64,000 nucleotides of DNA from a virus, in IMG/VR virus record IMGVR_UViG_3300009085_000022, positions 1-64,000 of that record. One strand, given 5' to 3'. Below the pieces are notes generated by a model. That model did not search any database. It was not told the DNA's origin and was given only the letters and a program-made list of their open reading frames with translations. Positions within the stretch are counted from its first letter, which is position 1. Each line of letters opens with the position of its first letter. This document shows, in pieces, positions 58,214 to 64,000 of the stretch. The position numbers and the translations under genes are program-made.

Positions 58214-58402
58214 TTAAACTTCATTATAATCAACCTGAAGCGGTTGTAATATCTCATCTATCTGATATGTGTCATAAACAATGTTATCAGATTTAAGCCA
58301 GTCAGGAAGCAATACTTTTGCCTCAGCAATAGAGTATCCAGATATATCATAACATATTCTGGCTTTTTCTCCATTAAACGTGTAATTTATAAATACCAAC
58401 AT
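58214..58402 (-). CDS. Hypothetical protein
   Basis: 62-aa ORF. Confidence 0.55.
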   Translation of the reverse strand: MLVFINYTFNGEKARICYDISGYSIAEAKVLLPDWLKSDNIVYDTYQIDEILQPLQVDYNEV

Positions 58403-58422
58403 ATCTCTGTTATTTGATTAGA

Positions 58423-58971
58423 TTACACTCCATCAAATTGAGGGTTTAAAACTGGACACGTATTGCAACTTTCACTATTCTGATTAGGGCATGAATGGCA
58501 CTCGGCGGGTATGTCTTTAATCAGTGGTTCAGACTTTGGACTATCAAGAAGTAAAGCATCATAATTAGCTCTACTCTTATTACCGAGAAAGTCAGATAAT
58601 TGTTTCTCTAATTCCTTTGTTTCCTCTCTCTGCCCGGCATCAGTCATAAACCATTCATCCCTAAATTTATCCCATTCCCTTGTCAGGTGATGAGACCTGA
58701 TAAAAGATTGCACACAGGATTCCATTTCAGGAGTTATACTCTGCCCGGCAACCATATTGTTGACGTCAACGGAATGGTCGGAGGTGCAAAGATCATCTGG
58801 TAATGATTCTCCATTTAACATTGAATGACAATAAGGGCACATATAATTAATAGAACAACGTTCCATAATTGTTCCACAATCTTCGGCTGGGCACATCACC
58901 TTCTCCCTGCTTAGTGGCGGGGAGGTGGGCTCATCTGTCGCCAAATTGTCGACGGTTGGTTTGTTTTTCAT
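58423..58971 (-). CDS. Cys-rich hypothetical protein
   Basis: CPAEDC..CPYC and CHSCPN..CNTC; higher GC. Confidence 0.6.
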   Translation of the reverse strand: MKNKPTVDNLATDEPTSPPLSREKVMCPAEDCGTIMERCSINYMCPYCHSMLNGESLPDDLCTSDHSVDVNNMVAGQSITPEMESCVQSFIRSHHLTREWDKFRDEWFMTDAGQREETKELEKQLSDFLGNKSRANYDALLLDSPKSEPLIKDIPAECHSCPNQNSESCNTCPVLNPQFDGV

Positions 58972-58974
58972 CGG

Positions 58975-59958
58975 TTAATTATTTAAAAGATTGTTAATTT
59001 CTTCTACAGCTTTTAATACTCCAATTTTTTTAATTAAATCTGTAAAATCTTTGCATTCAAATTCTATAGGTATAAATCTACTAGGAATATTATACATATT
59101 AAAATAAGAATTAGCTTGTTCCATTCCTTGAGTATCATTATCAAATAATGTAATAATTTTACTAAATCTTATTTTATATTCATCTACAACAGAATCTTTA
59201 ATAAAACAAGTTTCTGATTGTATAGCTATAGAAGGAATTCTCATATTTTCATATAAAGCCATTACATCTTTTAATGATTTTGTAATGATAAGTAGTTTGC
59301 CTCTTTTAGGTAATTGAGTATAACCTGAATGTACTCCATAAGGATGATTATTACGCCATTTCTTACGTTTATTAGCAAAAGGACGATATATCTTAAAAGT
59401 TAAATTATTGTCTTTATATTCAATATATGCATATGCTATTCCAGGAGTATCAACATAGAAAGAGTTATGAAAATACCCTGATATGGGCTTTACATTATAT
59501 AAATTTAAAGTATTTAGTGATATACCAAATTCTTGCCAATATATTATATCTCGTTGTTCCCAAGGTCTAGCTACAATATCCAATTTACAAACTTCTTTAG
59601 CTTTTAAATCTATAGTTTTAGATAGTTTAGATGTTGATGTAGATGATTGTATTAAATCTCCATATATTTTTTGGATAGTCTCATGATAAGAAGACATGCC
59701 TAATAAATTCATTACAAAAATTATACAATCTCCTCTTCTACCAGCAAAATCTTTAAACAACAAACAATTATTACGCTTTGAATAAAATATATTAAAACTT
59801 GGAATTTCATCTCCTCTTCTTAATGGACTATTATATGTTTGTCCTAATTCAAAGTCTCCTATATAATACTTAAAAATCTCCTGTTCTGAGAACCTATTTA
59901 ATAATTGATCTTTAGTAATAAACTCAGTATTATATTTTGATTCATTTAGATTTACCAT
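58975..59958 (-). CDS. crAss-like DNA primase (TOPRIM)
   Basis: SPLR..D..PSF..FKDF..GDC; KIYRP..KW; ITKSLKDVM; FDND..G; KDFTD. Confidence 0.88.
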   Translation of the reverse strand: MVNLNESKYNTEFITKDQLLNRFSEQEIFKYYIGDFELGQTYNSPLRRGDEIPSFNIFYSKRNNCLLFKDFAGRRGDCIIFVMNLLGMSSYHETIQKIYGDLIQSSTSTSKLSKTIDLKAKEVCKLDIVARPWEQRDIIYWQEFGISLNTLNLYNVKPISGYFHNSFYVDTPGIAYAYIEYKDNNLTFKIYRPFANKRKKWRNNHPYGVHSGYTQLPKRGKLLIITKSLKDVMALYENMRIPSIAIQSETCFIKDSVVDEYKIRFSKIITLFDNDTQGMEQANSYFNMYNIPSRFIPIEFECKDFTDLIKKIGVLKAVEEINNLLNN

Positions 59959-60145
59959 ATATAATTTTTATTAAAAAATAACTTCCAAATCCAATATTTA
60001 ATAACATTACATATTGTTCAGTAGTAATAAACAATATAATATTTAGTATTATAAAAACTATATAAGAATATCTAGGATTTTTATGAATAAAATAATAACC
60101 TGTACAACTTAGTATACAGGTTATTATTTGTATGAAAATATTCAT
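59942..60145 (-). CDS. Small membrane protein
   Basis: 67 aa with about three hydrophobic stretches. Confidence 0.55.
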   Translation of the reverse strand: MNIFIQIITCILSCTGYYFIHKNPRYSYIVFIILNIILFITTEQYVMLLNIGFGSYFLIKIIYGKSK

Positions 60146-60225
60146 ATAAATATAAATAAATGTATTAATAGATAAATTATTAATAAAATAAAAAGTATAT
60201 TATTATTAATTCTGATTTTTTTCAT
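60142..60225 (-). CDS. 27-aa single-TM microprotein
   Basis: MKKIRINNNILFILLIIYLLIHLFIFI*; ATGA overlaps at both ends. Confidence 0.5.
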   Translation of the reverse strand: MKKIRINNNILFILLIIYLLIHLFIFI

Positions 60226-60884
60226 TGTAAGATCATTATTAAACAATCTATATTTATATTATTTGGAAGACTTCTATATTCTATTCTATCTCCAAATATA
60301 CCAGGTTTTATACTATATACACCCTTAACTCTTTTAGTATCTGATATTGATTTTTTAAAAAACATATCTATTTTTTGAATAACAGATAAATAATTAAATA
60401 AACAAGTATACTCTTTTTGAATTTGTTCTGCTTCATATCTATATTTATCTTCTACTGTAATTTTTTTATAAATAGGATAATCAAACTTCTTATGTTCAGT
60501 AAAATTTAATTGTAAAGATGCTTTTACTTCTCCACGTTTTAATAATTTACCTAATTTTCCTTTAGGATAAATAGAGAATTCTTCTAATACTTCTATTTCT
60601 TTTTTAGATAAATTATCTTTATCTTTTCTAAACTCAATTAATTCTATGTCATTAAATTTATGATATGGAATGATTTCCATTTTAAACCCTTTTTTACTTA
60701 ATATAAGTTGTTCAGTAAAAATTAATTTTTTTAAAGCAAAAACGGCATCTAAAATATTATTTTCAGGATTTGTACGAAGTTCTCCTAGAAAAGGATTACC
60801 ATCTAAATTATTAGTAGCTTTATAAGCTGGTATAATTTTGTTATCTTTAGATACAAAAAATTCAAATTCTATTCCTATTTTCAT
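60222..60884 (-). CDS. Divergent COOH-NH2 ligase type 2-like protein
   Basis: IGIEFEFFV, D..LGELRT, R..G.Y.IKP..RIEYRSLP; HxH replaced by LQLNF. Confidence 0.6.
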   Translation of the reverse strand: MKIGIEFEFFVSKDNKIIPAYKATNNLDGNPFLGELRTNPENNILDAVFALKKLIFTEQLILSKKGFKMEIIPYHKFNDIELIEFRKDKDNLSKKEIEVLEEFSIYPKGKLGKLLKRGEVKASLQLNFTEHKKFDYPIYKKITVEDKYRYEAEQIQKEYTCLFNYLSVIQKIDMFFKKSISDTKRVKGVYSIKPGIFGDRIEYRSLPNNINIDCLIMILQ

Positions 60885-60904
60885 ATTATTATTTTTTAAT
60901 TATT

Positions 60905-61615
60905 TTATCGTCTTTTATCATATGGGTATAATGTTTTAACTATATCACTTTGCCAATACTCCTTAGAATCTATATCCATAAGAGTCAGTATTCCTTCCCA
61001 ACCAGCCCCCTGATCTAAATTCCAGACATTACTTACATGTACTGGTTTTAAATTAGGATGCGACCAAGATGTAGTTGTATGTCCTACAAAAACTTCATCA
61101 AATTCTTTTGCAATAACTCCTTTACTTTTCCATTGATCCCACATGCAAGCTATTTGAAATAGTCTTCTATCCCAAAGAAGAGTATCTTTATCTTGATCTT
61201 TGATAGGAAGTTTCCATTCAAATCCTCCATGAACAAAGCATTTATTATCAGGTGTTACATGATAATATTTTGCATTAATTAACAAATCTCTATGTTTTTT
61301 CCAGTCAATTTTATCTAATTCTGTATGCCTATTATAAGCATTTATAGTAGCTTGTCCGCCTTGACTAGTCCAACTAACAGGTGTAGCTCCAGTTTTAAAC
61401 CAATCTAATAACCACTCATCATGATTACCAAGTACATATATAAGTTTTTTAATTTTCAATAATTCATGAAAACATTCTGGAACTTCTGGCCAACCATCAG
61501 CTGTATCTCCAAGTACTATAAGTTCATCTTCATCATAATCAAATCTTGATTCTTGAAAAACTTGTCTTAAAGCTTTATAAGCTCCATGCGGGTCACCTAA
61601 AGCAAATCTTCTCAT
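60905..61615 (-). CDS. Ser/Thr phosphatase-like metallophosphoesterase
   Basis: GDPHG, GDTADG, GNHD, HGG, GHT, LDQGA. Confidence 0.9.
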   Translation of the reverse strand: MRRFALGDPHGAYKALRQVFQESRFDYDEDELIVLGDTADGWPEVPECFHELLKIKKLIYVLGNHDEWLLDWFKTGATPVSWTSQGGQATINAYNRHTELDKIDWKKHRDLLINAKYYHVTPDNKCFVHGGFEWKLPIKDQDKDTLLWDRRLFQIACMWDQWKSKGVIAKEFDEVFVGHTTTSWSHPNLKPVHVSNVWNLDQGAGWEGILTLMDIDSKEYWQSDIVKTLYPYDKRR

Positions 61616-61965
61616 AATTTATCTATATTTAATTGTATAATACATAATACCATTTTTGTACCAGTAGTATTAATATAAGGCGTTTCAATAATACGTATTG
61701 TATACGGTTCTAATATTTCAATAATTTCTTTTTTAACAATTTTTTCTATATCTATAAAAAATTGTGGTTTTCCTACAAAATTATAAATAGTAGAAAGAAT
61801 TTTTGCTATTGATTTTTTATGTGCTATTATTTGGTAAGTATTACCTAGTGAAAAAATTTGACAATTAGCAGTTGGACTATGGTTAACATAAAATACAGGA
61901 TAATCATCTATACAGATTGCACTTGTTTTTGGATATTCCTTACTTATTTCTTTAATTGTTATCAT
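61612..61965 (-). CDS. Hypothetical protein
   Basis: 117 aa; ATGA overlap. Confidence 0.65.
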   Translation of the reverse strand: MITIKEISKEYPKTSAICIDDYPVFYVNHSPTANCQIFSLGNTYQIIAHKKSIAKILSTIYNFVGKPQFFIDIEKIVKKEIIEILEPYTIRIIETPYINTTGTKMVLCIIQLNIDKL

Positions 61966-61987
61966 GATAATATTTTTTTAAAATTTG

Positions 61988-62072
61988 TACCACTGATAGG
62001 ACTTGAACCTACACGACCATAAAGATCAAGGGATTTTAAGACCCTCTCGGCTACCAATTACGACACAGTGGC
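61988..62072 (-). tRNA. tRNA-Leu(UAA)
   Basis: AGGGT-CTTAAAA-TCCCT; long variable arm; GGTTCAAGTCC; A73. Confidence 0.9.
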
Positions 62073-62076
62073 GTGT

Positions 62077-62106
62077 AAAAAGGGAGCCTGTTTTCACAAG
62101 ACTCCC
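62077..62106 (-). terminator. Intrinsic terminator after the SSB-like gene
   Basis: GGGAGTCTTGTGAAAACAGGCTCCC-TTTTT on the minus strand. Confidence 0.75.
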
Positions 62107-62130
62107 AAACCTAAACTAACCAAACTAAAA

Positions 62131-62712
62131 CTAACCATTCATCCAATCCAGAGATGCAGGATTACCTCCTACAGTCTTTGGTATCAAAGCTTCTGCTGGA
62201 GTAGCTTCTTTAGGCTCTCCTCTTGTTGTAGAATCAGCACTACCAAGAGATAATGTATTAGGTACTGTTACTAGTTGTATAAAACTACCAAAAGATTTAA
62301 ATCCTAAATATTGTGATTTTTTCTTCTTAGTACCATAACAAACTGCTACTCTAAAAAATTTATTTAATTCTGGTGCTACCATTCGCATAACACCATCTAA
62401 TGCTTCCGTAGGCGTATTAAAAACTGGAAATTGTACATTATCTCCAAGAACTCCTTTCGCTAAATTAATAAGTCGTTGTGCCTGATATTTATTAAAAGCA
62501 TCTGAATCAGGTTCACAATAATAGAACCCTTCATTTACTTCTCCTTTACCATCCGCAGCAATTACCTTATAATTAGGATTTTTATCTCCTGGATCTGTAC
62601 TAGATTTCTTTTCAATTCTAACTCGAACATTCTCAACCACACCTGATAATCCATCATTAAAGATTTTTAATTCTTTAACATACTCTTCACTGTTGTTCAA
62701 ATTTACTGACAT
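62131..62712 (-). CDS. Putative single-stranded DNA-binding protein
   Basis: Follows the AAA ATPase, has its own terminator, and has a flexible tail ending LDW; assignment is largely by synteny. Confidence 0.5.
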   Translation of the reverse strand: MSVNLNNSEEYVKELKIFNDGLSGVVENVRVRIEKKSSTDPGDKNPNYKVIAADGKGEVNEGFYYCEPDSDAFNKYQAQRLINLAKGVLGDNVQFPVFNTPTEALDGVMRMVAPELNKFFRVAVCYGTKKKKSQYLGFKSFGSFIQLVTVPNTLSLGSADSTTRGEPKEATPAEALIPKTVGGNPASLDWMNG

Positions 62713-62737
62713 AATTTTTATCTGTTTTTAATTAATA

Positions 62738-63445
62738 TTACTTACCTGTTTCATATATATCTATACATTCTGCTACAAATCCTAAATCATTTGGAATATA
62801 CAGGTCTTTAAACATTCCATAAGGACTTTTAGCTGGATATATATTATCTCTATTTGTTACAAATTGATACAGCATTCGTTTATCTGTATCATTCCAAGTT
62901 GTTTTAGTATAGAGAAGTACTGTAAACAACCCTTGCAGGTCTATTTTCTCATCAAGAAAACGTCCAATTGTACGAATTTTCTTAATAGTTTCAAAACCTA
63001 TCTCCACATCTTCAGAATGTGCTATCACAAAAGTTTTAATGTTGTCCCTTAATCTTCGACCAGTATTTAAAACTTGCATTGTGTGCATGGCTATTTCATT
63101 AAATTTGTCAAAGCCTTTTATCATAGCCTTTTCTGTAAATTCAAATGATAACATATAATTAAAATCATCTAAGACAATATTAGTTATCTCAGGACGATTC
63201 TCATGTATATATATCATTGCTTTAGTAATCTTATTTGGATCTTCTGTATTTAAATAATTGCCTTTAGTCCCTTCAAAGAGAAGATATTCATTTCTCCAAC
63301 CTTTAAAAGGAAAAGGTTTACCAGATACATTAATCACAAATGTTTCTTTAGGGTCCAAGCCCTTAATTCCCAGACTAGTAGTAGGAAATAATGATGTGCT
63401 TTTTCCTGTACCAGCGCTCCCTACAATTCCGATAAGCGAACTCAT
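62738..63445 (-). CDS. AAA/Sak4-like ATPase
   Basis: Walker A GSAGTGKST, Walker B IVLDD, AH, AKSPYGMF..IPNDL. Confidence 0.88.
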   Translation of the reverse strand: MSSLIGIVGSAGTGKSTSLFPTTSLGIKGLDPKETFVINVSGKPFPFKGWRNEYLLFEGTKGNYLNTEDPNKITKAMIYIHENRPEITNIVLDDFNYMLSFEFTEKAMIKGFDKFNEIAMHTMQVLNTGRRLRDNIKTFVIAHSEDVEIGFETIKKIRTIGRFLDEKIDLQGLFTVLLYTKTTWNDTDKRMLYQFVTNRDNIYPAKSPYGMFKDLYIPNDLGFVAECIDIYETGK

Positions 63446-63447
63446 TT

Positions 63448-63999
63448 TTAAATTTGACTTCTTATTATATGTTCATAATTATTGTAATCAAATTCTGTCA
63501 TTGTTCTGGGGAATTCAGAAAAATGTGAACTTGATCCCAGGAAAAACAACTGTATTCCTGCATTTGAAATTCCATTTCTATTTAAGTTAATCATAAATTC
63601 CCTATGACTATCTCCTATTCTATCCAAATCAATACCCTCATATTTATCAATATTATATTTTTTTGGATAAAATAAACTAACCATTAAATCACAATCTCTA
63701 CTAGTATATTTATTGTCTGCTAATCCTTCAGAGTCAGGTTTTATTTTATCAATAATTGTGTCTCCTCTGTAATTAAATTGCGCTCTAGATGAATCTGCTG
63801 ATTGTTGTTGAACTACTATTGGTATGTAATTCCATCTGTCACGCATTTCTAAACAATATTCACTACTATATTTTCCTATAGCTTGATGTAAAGTCTCTCC
63901 CTGACCTGTCTGTAATAATCCAATATGATCTACTATTACAATAACATATTCGTTAGGTCTTACAGGAATATACTTATCTCTTACTGTTCTTTGACTATA
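63448..63999 (-). CDS. DnaB-like replicative helicase (C-terminal part; 5'-partial)
   Basis: Frame open to the window end; VIVDHIGLL (Walker B), VVQQQ, LAD..T.RD.D, LNRNG. Confidence 0.8.
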   Translation of the reverse strand, partial: YSQRTVRDKYIPVRPNEYVIVIVDHIGLLQTGQGETLHQAIGKYSSEYCLEMRDRWNYIPIVVQQQSADSSRAQFNYRGDTIIDKIKPDSEGLADNKYTSRDCDLMVSLFYPKKYNIDKYEGIDLDRIGDSHREFMINLNRNGISNAGIQLFFLGSSSHFSEFPRTMTEFDYNNYEHIIRSQI

Positions 64000-64000
64000 T

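Noticed and set aside
62106-62135. CRISPR-like array
   Set aside because: Only 4-6-nt degenerate repeats without spacers.
1-64000. Stop-codon reassignment (TAG/TGA) as in some crAss-like phages
   Set aside because: Genes up to 14 kb are open in the standard code, TAG and TGA both end genes, and no suppressor tRNA is present.

Overview
A 64-kb, AT-rich, standard-code segment of a crAss-like (Crassvirales-type) podophage, most likely infecting a Bacteroidota host. Host evidence: three TTTG-N19/20-TAnnTTTG promoters, A-rich Shine-Dalgarno-less starts, and signal peptides followed by Gln. The + strand (1-38326) carries tail-fibre/adhesin genes, three proteins with Sec signal peptides, a lysis-like cassette (holin, TM proteins, u-spanin), the crAss tail block (ring proteins, IHF-like, muzzle) and the ejected cargo genes. 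The cargo includes a single 4651-aa virion RNA polymerase polyprotein (DFDVD motif, two HExxH zincins). The - strand (38381-64000) converges on it and carries a tRNA region (6 tRNAs plus a distal tRNA-Leu), endonuclease VII, a lysozyme-like protein, PolA, class II RNR, exonuclease, UNG, primase, SSB-like protein, AAA ATPase and helicase. It also carries a 7.5-kb phiEco32-like amidoligase/ATP-grasp/glutaminase operon. Best leads for novelty: (i) that peptide-ligase operon, whose Ntn amidotransferase has a hydrophobic leader ahead of its catalytic Cys; (ii) an unannotated ~165-nt multi-hairpin RNA between tRNA-Cys and tRNA-Gln, next to an AEP-like enzyme and structurally deviant tRNAs; (iii) a cassette of exported adhesin/beta-helix proteins; (iv) a probable -1 frameshift in the lysis cassette. 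All calls are from motif reading by eye; no searches were run.
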